This document shows positions 15,756 through 24,095 of a stretch of DNA of 32,678 bases, piece after piece. Every line of letters starts with the position of its first letter. Within the stretch, counting starts at the first letter, position 1. Position numbers and translations under genes: made by a program. The notes below the pieces were generated by a model. That model saw nothing but the letters and a program-made list of their open reading frames with translations, ran no database searches and had not been told where the DNA came from. The stretch comes from Candidatus Woesearchaeota archaeon (GTDB lineage Archaea > Nanobdellota > Nanobdellia > Woesearchaeales > UBA525): assembly GCA_027371725.1 (NCBI GenBank), contig DAHXMN010000002.1, positions 1-32,678 of the forward strand, written 5' to 3'.

Positions 15756-17399
15756 CTACGGCGCCGGCCGCGGGGGCGCCGCGACGCCCTTCGGCTCGCC
15801 CTGCTCGCTCTCCAGGAACGGCTGGTCCGCCTTGATGAAGCGGAACAGGTTCTCCTTGTCCGTGTAATACTCTGCGATGACGCGGCCGACGGCGTCGACG
15901 GTGAAGATGCTGTGCTTCACCAGGTAGTCGATGACGCGGCGCTTCTCCGCGATCTCCGCGGCCACGTCCTTGTCGGTGAGGCCGGTGTAGAGCTTCAGCG
16001 TCTGGAGGAAGCTCCTGCTCTTGGCGACCTGGACGAGCCGGTCCTTCTTCGGGTCGTACTGGAGGATGACATTGAAGCCCGCGTTCGGGAGCGTCTCCGC
16101 AATCTGGAAGGTGCGGCGCTGGCCGCTACGCCGGTTACGGAACTGGACGATGATGAGCGAGATCGCCGGCAGCATGACCTTCGGCACCTCGATCGGCGGA
16201 TTGGTGAGACGCTCGATCGCCTCCTCCGCGGTGTTGGCGTGGAACGTCGCGTAGACGGAGTGGCCGGTGTGGATCGCTTCGAAGAGCGTCTCCGCCTCCC
16301 TCTTGCGGCGGACCTCGCCGACGATGATGCGGTCCGGCCTCATACGGAGGCTGTTGACGAGGAGGTCGCCCATGGATATCTCCCCCTTGCCCTCGGCGTT
16401 CGGCAGCCGCGTGTTGAGCGGCACCCAGTGGAGGAACCGCGGCAGTTGGATCTCGCGCGTGTCCTCAATGGAGAGGACGCGCTGGTTCGGCGGGAAGAAG
16501 TTCGCGAAGCAGTTGAGCGCGCTCGTCTTGCCGGAAGCGGTGCCGCCCGCGATGATGGCGCTCATCTCGTAGTGCATCGCCATCCAAATCCACGCGGCCG
16601 CCTCGCTGCTGATCGTGCCGTACTTGACGAGCCGGGTGATCGTCCACGGGTCGCGGCTGAACTTGCGGATGGTGATCGTGTTGCCCGCGGTGCTGATCGG
16701 CATCAGGGTCGCGTTGACGCGGTCCCCCTCGTTCAGGTGGGCGTCGAGCAACGGCTCCAAGACGCTGATCTGCCGGCCGACCTTGCGTCCGATGAGCGCG
16801 GCGTAGTGCCTGATCTGCTCCTCGTCCTTGAGGAAGACCGTCGTCTTGAGCCAGCCGTGCTTCTTGTGGTAGACCCAGACCGGCTCGTCCGACTGGTTGA
16901 TGACGATCTCCTCGAGCTGCGCGTCGTCCATGAGGAGCTCGATGTTGCCGAGGCCGAGGGAACGCGCGATGAGGTAGCTGGTGAGGAAGCCGCTCGTCTC
17001 CTCGTCGGCGTCCGGGAAGTGCTTGCGGATCAGGTCGGCGATCGTGTCGGCGAAGACGCCCTCGACCTGGCCGGTCTTCTTCGCGTCGAGGATGTCCACG
17101 ACGCCGAGGCTCACCTGCTTGATCAGCTCCTGGCGGATCTTCTCGAGCAGGAATTCGGTCGTCTTGGAGATGGAGCTGATCCGCACCTCGTAGATCGGGA
17201 CGAACTCGCCCTTCACCTTCTGGACGGTGATGATGATGGGGATGTCCTTCGACTTGTACTCGTACTGGTCGATGACCGCCTCCTTGACGGCGGCCTTCGG
17301 GTTCCGAGAATCACGGGAAGAAGCCTTGCGGACCGCTTTGCGGGGACGAGAAGAGTTCGCCTTCTTCCGCTTCACAGTAGACTTCGCGCCGCGTGCCAA
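15756..17399 (-). CDS. type IV filament assembly ATPase (FlaI/TadA/VirB11 superfamily)
   Basis: Walker A AGGTASGKTS, Asp box VLSIEDTREIQLP, Walker B PDRIIVGEVR, His box HTGHSVYATFHANT. TTG start is preceded by GAGGTGA at 7 nt. Basic ~40-aa N-terminal tail. Confidence 0.9.
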   Translation of the reverse strand: MARGAKSTVKRKKANSSRPRKAVRKASSRDSRNPKAAVKEAVIDQYEYKSKDIPIIITVQKVKGEFVPIYEVRISSISKTTEFLLEKIRQELIKQVSLGVVDILDAKKTGQVEGVFADTIADLIRKHFPDADEETSGFLTSYLIARSLGLGNIELLMDDAQLEEIVINQSDEPVWVYHKKHGWLKTTVFLKDEEQIRHYAALIGRKVGRQISVLEPLLDAHLNEGDRVNATLMPISTAGNTITIRKFSRDPWTITRLVKYGTISSEAAAWIWMAMHYEMSAIIAGGTASGKTSALNCFANFFPPNQRVLSIEDTREIQLPRFLHWVPLNTRLPNAEGKGEISMGDLLVNSLRMRPDRIIVGEVRRKREAETLFEAIHTGHSVYATFHANTAEEAIERLTNPPIEVPKVMLPAISLIIVQFRNRRSGQRRTFQIAETLPNAGFNVILQYDPKKDRLVQVAKSRSFLQTLKLYTGLTDKDVAAEIAEKRRVIDYLVKHSIFTVDAVGRVIAEYYTDKENLFRFIKADQPFLESEQGEPKGVAAPPRPAP

Positions 17400-17437
17400 C
17401 CGACCCTCACCTCTCTGACCAGCCCCGGGAGAGGCTG

Positions 17438-17509
17438 TTTATAAACGTTTCGACAGCTTGCGCGAAGGAAAAACGCGGCGCGAAGAAAGAGCGACAAAAC
17501 GTTTATAAT
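17438..17509. promoter_or_regulatory. divergent promoters sharing an inverted 12-nt AAACGTTTATAA module
   Basis: TTATAAACGTTT at 17439-17450 is the exact reverse complement of AAACGTTTATAA at 17497-17508. One faces the ATPase operon and the other faces the phosphatase remnant. Confidence 0.5.
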
Positions 17510-17524
17510 CGTGCGACACAGTCA

Positions 17525-17826
17525 ATGGCCTCGGGGCGGCGAGGAACACGTATTCTGTCCACGGACCGACGATGGATAACGAACAGGGCCTCGCCGCGGG
17601 CTGGGCGCCGGGAAAACTCCCGGAAACGGGAAGGAAACGGGCACGAGAACTGGGACGAACCGTCTCTCACGAGGTCTTCGATGCGGTCTTCTGCTCCGAC
17701 CTGAAGAGGACGCTCGAATCCGCGGAGCCCGGTTCCGCGGATAAATATAGAATCATCCAAGATAAGAGATTGAGGGGAATGCGATTAAGGGATTGTGAGC
17801 GTTCCGTGCGACGGATGATTTCCTGA
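17525..17826 (+). pseudogene. decayed histidine phosphatase (phosphoglycerate-mutase family) remnant
   Basis: HGPTMDNEQGLAAGWAPGKLPETGRKRARELG...FDAVFCSDLKRTLESAE matches the N-terminal third of the family. The catalytic Arg of RHG is Val. The plausible N-terminus (MASGRRGTRIL, ATG 17525) is in another frame. Conserved G/W/G residues of the next motif read RGMRLRDCER. The frame stops at 17826, well short of full length. Confidence 0.45.
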
Positions 17827-17887
17827 TATCGCTCCAAGGCAACGCTGGAGAAAAGCGCGATATTTGAGGGCGAAGACGGTAGAACGC

Positions 17888-19042
17888 TCACTCCTTGCTG
17901 CCGATGAGGTCGCGGAGCTTGCCCAGCTCATCCTGGAAGAGCGAACGCTTCTTATCGTACTCCTTGTAGCCCTTCTCGAGCTCACCCATCTGCTTCTTGA
18001 TGTCCGTCTCCTTGCTGAGCAGGTTGAACGCGATCGCCTTCTTCTTCAGGCCGTCGAGCTCGTGCGCCATCTCCGCCTTGTGCTGCTCGAGGCCGTTGAG
18101 CAGCTTCTCCGTCTCCATCCGCTTCTTGAAGAACGTGTCGAACTTGTCCACGATGCCTTGGGCCTGTTTCTCATAGGTGGTGATCGTGCCCTTCCGCTCG
18201 CGGACCTTCTCGAGGATGGAGTCCTGCACCTTGAGTATCTTCTCGCCGTGCTCCTTGGACGCCTTGATGAGCGGGTCGAGCTCCTCCTCCTTCTTGCGTT
18301 GGATGTCGTGCTGGATCGTGTCCGCGATCTCGTGGAGCCGTGCGAGCCGGTCCTCCTCGTCGGTGATGGACTTCCCCGCGTTGGCGATCTCGCCGTCGAT
18401 GGCGTCGACCACCTCTTTCAGCGCGGCCAGCCGTTTCTGGAGCGAGGACTCCTTCTCCTCCATCGTCTTTGTTTCCTCGCGTTCCTGGGTGAGCTTCTCC
18501 TCCTCGCCCTTGATCTCGTGGAGGAGCTTCTCGTACCGCTTCTCTTCCGCGTAGAGCTTGCGGTGGACGTCGTCCACCATCTTCTCGTAGTCGACCTTCT
18601 GCTGGATGATGTCCTGGTCGATGGACTGCTTGAGGGACTCGTAGTGCTTCAGCTCGTCGAGCTCGTGCTTCACTTGGTCGATCTCGTCCCCGATGTCGCC
18701 CTTGAGCGAATTGTAGGCGCGCTTGATGTCCTCGAAGCCGGACGTCTCCTTCTCGAGCTGCTTGAGCGTCGTGTCGACCTTCCGGACGAACGCCTCTTTC
18801 TTCTGCTCGTACTCCTTGGATTTCTTCTCGACCTCGCGCTTCGTCAGCTTCTTCTCCACCAGGTAGGTCTTGCTGAGGCTGTACTCGATGCCGATAAGGC
18901 CTTCCTCGTCGAGGAACTCCGCCCACTCGCGCACCACGTCCTTGGAGACGCCGAGCTCCTTCGAGGCGTCCTCGAGCGCGATCTTCTTCCGTTCGGAGAC
19001 GATCTCCACGAGCTTGTCCACGCCGGTCTCGATCTTCGCCAT
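17888..19042 (-). CDS. winged-helix N-terminal domain + ~320-aa coiled-coil protein
   Basis: MAKIETGVDKLVEIVSERKKIALEDASKELGVSKDVVREWAEFLDEEGLIGIEY is wH-like. The remainder is continuous E/K/L/D-rich and heptad-like. TATA 19065-19072 lies 23 nt upstream of ATG 19042. The track ORF start 19141 crosses the promoter. Confidence 0.75.
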   Translation of the reverse strand: MAKIETGVDKLVEIVSERKKIALEDASKELGVSKDVVREWAEFLDEEGLIGIEYSLSKTYLVEKKLTKREVEKKSKEYEQKKEAFVRKVDTTLKQLEKETSGFEDIKRAYNSLKGDIGDEIDQVKHELDELKHYESLKQSIDQDIIQQKVDYEKMVDDVHRKLYAEEKRYEKLLHEIKGEEEKLTQEREETKTMEEKESSLQKRLAALKEVVDAIDGEIANAGKSITDEEDRLARLHEIADTIQHDIQRKKEEELDPLIKASKEHGEKILKVQDSILEKVRERKGTITTYEKQAQGIVDKFDTFFKKRMETEKLLNGLEQHKAEMAHELDGLKKKAIAFNLLSKETDIKKQMGELEKGYKEYDKKRSLFQDELGKLRDLIGSKE

Positions 19043-19064
19043 GGTTTTCCCAGCCGTCCGGGCG

Positions 19065-19072
19065 TTTAAATA
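19065..19072 (-). promoter_or_regulatory. TATA box of the wH-coiled-coil gene
   Basis: TATTTAAA on the minus strand, 23 nt upstream of ATG 19042. Confidence 0.6.
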
Positions 19073-19187
19073 GTTATCGTTGGGGAAATCGCCAGGAAGG
19101 AGATTCAGGAAAGGATCAAAAAGAATTCGAGAAGATTTCAAAGAAAAACAGTCGAGGAACGGTCCCTGCTCAGCCGCGATCCCCCGC

Positions 19188-22100
19188 TCAGCTGCTGTCT
19201 TCGCACGGCGACCACGTGTAGACGTGCATCGTCACCGGCTGGCCCGCGTAATAGACGACCTTGGTGAACTGGATGAGGTCCTTCATGCACCCGTTCACGC
19301 CGGTCACGTTGAGCGCCTCCTTCGTCTGATCGCCGAGACAGCAGCTGATGTAGTTGGCCGTCCCGTTCGGCACCCACTCCCCGACTGTTGCACCCTCGCA
19401 TGCCTGAGGCACGGTGGCGTTGCAGAGCTTGGTGTTGCTGCACGCGACGCTGCATCGGTCCTCCCAGTCTGCGCAGTCGCTGCAGTCGCCGTCGTTCAGC
19501 GTGAAGTTCTGCTCGACGCGGCCGGCCATGGGGAAGCGGACGTTCAGCGTCTGCGCCCGGTACCCGTCCATGCGCGCCACCACGGAGTGGTTCCCTGACG
19601 ACACGTTCGCGATCGTGTAGCCGCCGGAATAGTTCGTCAGGTTCGCGAACGCGCCGCTGATCGCGACGCTCACCGACGCGCCGTCCAACGGCGAACCGGA
19701 CGAGTCAGTCACTCGCCCGTACAAGTCGGCGACCATCGGGCACGGGCCGAGATGTTCGCAGCCGTTCTGGTCGTTGCCGTCACAGTTCGAATACCCGGGA
19801 CTGCAGTTGTACTCGCACTTCGGCGCGCTTCCCGGAGGCAGGCTGCAGTTCACGACGAGCGTGCGCGTCGTGTCGGCCGACAGGCTGACATCATCCCCCG
19901 GACACAGCGTCGAATTCGGCGGCACCGCGCCCGTGCACACGTACGGGACGCACTGCGTCAGGTTCGACGCGTTGAGATGATAATAATTCCAGCACGCGAC
20001 CGTGCAGTTCGCGGCGCAATCCCCGTACGCGAGCGTCGTCCCGGAGTCGCACGAGGCGCCGCAAGAGCCCGCCGCGCAGATATAGGCTGGCGGCCCGTTG
20101 ATGCAGATGCCGCTCGGGTCGGCGGGCGAATAGTACTGCGTCGGCTTCGCGCCGTCGCACGCGTTCGGCGTGCGCGGATCAGTCGAGTTGTACACCCACG
20201 AACACCCCGTCGTCGCCGAGCAGTTCGTGGGCGTCGTCTGCACCGAGCAGCACGACGACCCCATGGCGAGCGTCGCAGTACGATTGGAGCCCGACTGGTA
20301 CGACCTCGTCGTATCCACGGAACACTTCCCCGTCAGCGACCCCGAGAAAGAAGCGGGAACCGCGCACAGGAAGGAGGCGGTGGTGCCGGACCAAGAAGAA
20401 GCGACGAACGTGCACGACGACCCGTTCACGGAGGCGAGGATGCTGTTCACGTTCGTGACCGACGACGTGCACTTCAGCGTCACGTTCTCCCCCGGACAGA
20501 ACGACGCGTTGGCGAACGACGCCCCGGTCACCGCCACCGGACAACCGCTATCGCCATGCGGCGACGGACCCTGACCGCCACGATTCAACGTGTCATAATC
20601 CCACTGGCCGTTGCAGTTATTATCATACCCATCCGTGCACATCGTCGAACCGGACTCGCTCAGGCTCGTCGCCCACAACCAAGAAGAACCGGTATAATGG
20701 CATCGGAGCGTGGTGAGACCGCCGCATTGCCACGTCGACAACGAGCACTCATTGGCTGACGTGCACGACTGGGACTGCGGTCCGCACGAAGACGAGCTTG
20801 TGCAGACACCACTCTGACACACGGGGGAGAACTGCTCACGCGTCGCATTATTGTAATACGCATAATCATTGTATGTCTGCACGTTCGTGCACGAATCAGA
20901 CGCGCACGGCGTCGCCGGACCACACACCGTCCCGTCCGCATTGTTCTGGCACGAGCCGCCGGAGCACGTCTGGCACACGCCACACGACCCGCAGCTACCA
21001 CCGCAACCGTCAGGACCGCACGTCTTCCCCGCGCAGTTCGGCGTACATGTATTGCACGCCCCGTTGCTGCAACCATTGGGGCAATAGTTGCTCGTACTGC
21101 TCACTGCGCCGGTAGAATCACAGAAATATTCGTGGAGAGTATAGGCGTCAGAGCAGAAATCGGTGTAAGAATTGCTGCCGACAGTCACCGTCCCTTGCAA
21201 GTTGAAATTCTGGGTATACTGATCAGTCCCGTCATTGTCGGAGTCGGAACAGGTGCCGCCGCCGCTGCACGTGCCGCCACAGGTCGAGTCGTTCACGTAC
21301 GAACCGCCGGTCGTCGGAACACAACTCGAACCGCTGCAAGCATACGACACCGTACAAGCATTATTGCAATTCGACGTCGTATAAGAACCGGAAGCATCAA
21401 CAGCGCACAAACCGCCAGCACCGGAACAAGAATAATGAGTAGTGCCGCCGCTGCACGTGCCGCCGCTGCACGTGCCGCTCGAACAATACGTTCCATAACC
21501 ACAAGAAGTGCCGCAAGAATCATTATACTGGTTGCCGCAAGCATAACTGGAGGCGGACAAGGATGAACAAGGCGTGGAGGGAGTCGGCGTGCAGGTGTTC
21601 GCGGAAGGCGACCAGGCGCTGGCGTTGCAGACCTGTGCAAGGCTTCCCTGGCAGTTGCCTGAGCCGCAGGTGATGGTCTGTTCAAGCTGTTTGGGAGTCG
21701 TCAGGTTCCAGGTCGCATAGATTACACTAATCTTATTTGGGTCAGCCTTCGCGTTTTGGCATTCTGTCGTGGAAGTGCTGACATATTTGTACTTGAAATT
21801 TGTACCGCTCTTATCGAGCTTGAATTTGCAGGAGGCGGGCAACCCGCCGGACGCGGGTATCCATTTCATGTATGTGTTGTAACTGTGACCGTTTTGCATC
21901 GTATTGACGCTGAAGCACTTGGTCTTGCCGATGCTAGCGAAGGTGTAGCAGACAGTAAACGGAGGAGCGCCGGCGTTAACGGCCACATCATTCGCGATTT
22001 GCGTCGTGGGGACCAGGATCCCGTCGACCACCCCGTCGCAGTTGTCATCGACGCCGTTGCATGTTTCCTGGTTGTCGTTCGAGTATTGACAGTAGCTGTA

Positions 22101-22403
22101 GCCATCGCCATCAGCTACGCAAGAACCGGTCAGGCAAGGCTTCGGGGGGTTTGTGCAGTCGCTATCTGATGTGCAAGAGACATTATCGTAGTAGTAGAAA
22201 CCGCAAACAGGCGCGAACTGGTAAAGGACGCAGTTGCCGGAGATGTCCGTCTGTTCGCAATACCATGCGGCGCACATCGCGTGCGCCGGCTGCGGCGCAT
22301 GCAACAGGAAGAAGAACGCGAAGACGATCAAGAAGAGACCGACGAACCGGAGAGTCCCCGTCAGGAATGAATGCTTGCCCACCACGATACTCGCCTCCCT
22401 CAT
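19188..22403 (-). CDS. large secreted cysteine-rich surface protein (~1071 aa)
   Basis: Signal peptide MREASIVVGKHSFLTGTLRFVGLFLIVFAFFFLLHAPQPAHA. About 98 Cys by my count. CNGVDDNCDG and CTDGYDNNCNG metal-binding-like motifs, a CxPNCAGKTCGPDGCGGSCGSCG repeat, and a CarboxypepD_reg-like domain (LYGRVTDSSGSPLDGASVSV...GGYTIANV...). Many N-x-S/T sequons. A TATA-like box at 22433-22441 lies about 30 nt upstream of ATG 22403. Confidence 0.85.
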   Translation of the reverse strand: MREASIVVGKHSFLTGTLRFVGLFLIVFAFFFLLHAPQPAHAMCAAWYCEQTDISGNCVLYQFAPVCGFYYYDNVSCTSDSDCTNPPKPCLTGSCVADGDGYSYCQYSNDNQETCNGVDDNCDGVVDGILVPTTQIANDVAVNAGAPPFTVCYTFASIGKTKCFSVNTMQNGHSYNTYMKWIPASGGLPASCKFKLDKSGTNFKYKYVSTSTTECQNAKADPNKISVIYATWNLTTPKQLEQTITCGSGNCQGSLAQVCNASAWSPSANTCTPTPSTPCSSLSASSYACGNQYNDSCGTSCGYGTYCSSGTCSGGTCSGGTTHYSCSGAGGLCAVDASGSYTTSNCNNACTVSYACSGSSCVPTTGGSYVNDSTCGGTCSGGGTCSDSDNDGTDQYTQNFNLQGTVTVGSNSYTDFCSDAYTLHEYFCDSTGAVSSTSNYCPNGCSNGACNTCTPNCAGKTCGPDGCGGSCGSCGVCQTCSGGSCQNNADGTVCGPATPCASDSCTNVQTYNDYAYYNNATREQFSPVCQSGVCTSSSSCGPQSQSCTSANECSLSTWQCGGLTTLRCHYTGSSWLWATSLSESGSTMCTDGYDNNCNGQWDYDTLNRGGQGPSPHGDSGCPVAVTGASFANASFCPGENVTLKCTSSVTNVNSILASVNGSSCTFVASSWSGTTASFLCAVPASFSGSLTGKCSVDTTRSYQSGSNRTATLAMGSSCCSVQTTPTNCSATTGCSWVYNSTDPRTPNACDGAKPTQYYSPADPSGICINGPPAYICAAGSCGASCDSGTTLAYGDCAANCTVACWNYYHLNASNLTQCVPYVCTGAVPPNSTLCPGDDVSLSADTTRTLVVNCSLPPGSAPKCEYNCSPGYSNCDGNDQNGCEHLGPCPMVADLYGRVTDSSGSPLDGASVSVAISGAFANLTNYSGGYTIANVSSGNHSVVARMDGYRAQTLNVRFPMAGRVEQNFTLNDGDCSDCADWEDRCSVACSNTKLCNATVPQACEGATVGEWVPNGTANYISCCLGDQTKEALNVTGVNGCMKDLIQFTKVVYYAGQPVTMHVYTWSPCEDSS

Positions 22404-22432
22404 GACCGTGAAGAGCACCCTGAAGACCATTG

Positions 22433-22441
22433 TTTTTAAAT
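22433..22441 (-). promoter_or_regulatory. TATA box of the Cys-rich surface protein gene
   Basis: ATTTAAAAA on the minus strand, about 30 nt upstream of ATG 22403 and only 3 nt from the alternative ATG 22430, which it therefore excludes. Confidence 0.55.
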
Positions 22442-22474
22442 GTTGTGTCGAGCGCGGGAAAAAGCGGGCCGCGT

Positions 22475-22804
22475 TCAGAACCGCACGAGGTCGCCTTTCT
22501 TGAGTGAGAGCAGGCCTGCTTTCGTCTCGATCGCGTAAGAGAAGCGGGCTCGCGGCCGGTATGCGGCGAAGGGGCGGAAAGAGCATTTCGCGTCGACGAC
22601 GCGCTTCCGTTCGTCGAGAAAATAGACGTCGATTGTCCAGAAGACGAAGAGCATGTGGAACCCGACGTTGACCTCGCGGCCGAAGTCGAAGACGTACGCG
22701 ACGCCGTCCCGCGGCTTGCGGAACATCAGGCCCCAGCCCTGCGTCCACCCGTTCCGGAAGAAGATGAGGGCGGGCGTCCTGCCACGCGTGTCGGTGAGGA
22801 CCAT
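22475..22804 (-). CDS. DUF192 family protein
   Basis: GWGLMFRKPRDGVAYVFDF and FHMLFVFWTIDVYFLDERKRVV fit the DUF192/COG1430 pattern. ATG 22804 has a weak TATA (ATAAAAAC) upstream. The track ORF's 74-aa extension was rejected. Confidence 0.7.
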   Translation of the reverse strand: MVLTDTRGRTPALIFFRNGWTQGWGLMFRKPRDGVAYVFDFGREVNVGFHMLFVFWTIDVYFLDERKRVVDAKCSFRPFAAYRPRARFSYAIETKAGLLSLKKGDLVRF

Positions 22805-23114
22805 GATTGTCCTGGCGGAAGGGCGGTTTTTATGGTTTGTGATTGCGCCTCTGCCGCGGATTCGCTCCGCGGTCTTGCCGGCTGCTCGCGTCTCGCTGTG
22901 CTGATTGAGAGACCTCCTCCCCGTAGGTCCTCGGTAGCGGGACGCTACCGGGACCACGGCGAGCCTCGTGCTCGCCTGTGGGGGCAACCCCCCGTCGGCC
23001 TTCGCCGTTCTTTTCTTCACGCTCACCCTTTGGCCGGCGAGACATCATCCGCGATGAATCCTCGCTCGAAGAAGGGAGGCGGGACGCTGCATCTGTCGAG
23101 GGCGGCTGTTCCGC

Positions 23115-24095
23115 TCAGCAGATGGTCGCGTTGAGCTTGCTGAGGCCGTAGTCATGCGCCGGGTCGTCGTAGTGCGTCGCGTCCAGCTTGAACCAGGAGG
23201 GGAGCGGGCTTCCCTCCGTCGGGCAGTAGAGCGTCGCGTTCCGTCCGGAGAAGTAGTACGCGTCCACGGTGGAGCGGTCGGTGTAGACCGGGAGCCCTTG
23301 CGCGTTGAGGTCGTCGAGATTGATGATCGAGGCGATGCCGTACTTCGACGTGCCGTTCAGGTCGCCCTGGAGGCGTTGGAGGTAGCTCGGCGCGTACGGG
23401 TCTTCGCGGTAGTAGCCCTGCTGGATCTCGTCGTCCAGGTTCGCGGTGTTGTTCCCCGTGACGAGGTCGGAATTGTTGTAGGGGCTCTCCCGGATCGTGT
23501 TCGGCAGCTTGCCGTCGGTGGAGACGCTGTACGCCGGGTCGCGGAGGTCGAGGATCGAGACCTCCGTGGTGAACCATTTCTGGTAGTCCCAGCGGGCGAG
23601 TCCGCGCGTGTCCGTCACGTTGACGGTCATGAGGAACGAGACGTCGATGCTCCATGGCGTCGATTGGTTGAGCGCGATGTCCTGCACGGTGACGTTGAGC
23701 GCGATCCCCTGCTGCCGCGCCTCGTCGTTGACGCGGCCGAGGTAGTCGCCGAAGGTGCTGTTCGTGAGGATGTCGTACGGCTGCCCGTCGACCGTGCCGT
23801 TCATGAACGCCTCGATGAAGAGCGGCGTCGCGTTCGTGACGTACACGCCTTCCTGACTGGTGTACTGCTCGATCGCGATCAGGCTGCGGAAGCCCGCGAT
23901 GTACGTCGCCCGCGGCACGTCGCCGTGGAAGTCGCTCAGGAAGTCGCTCATCGCCTGGATGCGGGTGACGACGCTCCGGCTCCGCTCCTCGCCCGTCGGA
24001 AGGGTCCGCGCGTACATGATGGCGAGGAGGATGGCGACGATGAGGAGCGCGGAGATGAGGTAGACGACGCCCCGCCGTCCGGGAAACGCGGTCAT
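23115..24095 (-). CDS. prepilin-like (pseudopilin) protein, 326 aa
   Basis: MTAFPGRRG|VVYLISALLIVAILLAIMY, then an N-glycosylation-sequon-rich extracellular domain. ATG 24095 overlaps the upstream stop (ATGA). The 997-aa track ORF is a composite running out of frame through the VWA gene. Confidence 0.75.
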   Translation of the reverse strand: MTAFPGRRGVVYLISALLIVAILLAIMYARTLPTGEERSRSVVTRIQAMSDFLSDFHGDVPRATYIAGFRSLIAIEQYTSQEGVYVTNATPLFIEAFMNGTVDGQPYDILTNSTFGDYLGRVNDEARQQGIALNVTVQDIALNQSTPWSIDVSFLMTVNVTDTRGLARWDYQKWFTTEVSILDLRDPAYSVSTDGKLPNTIRESPYNNSDLVTGNNTANLDDEIQQGYYREDPYAPSYLQRLQGDLNGTSKYGIASIINLDDLNAQGLPVYTDRSTVDAYYFSGRNATLYCPTEGSPLPSWFKLDATHYDDPAHDYGLSKLNATIC

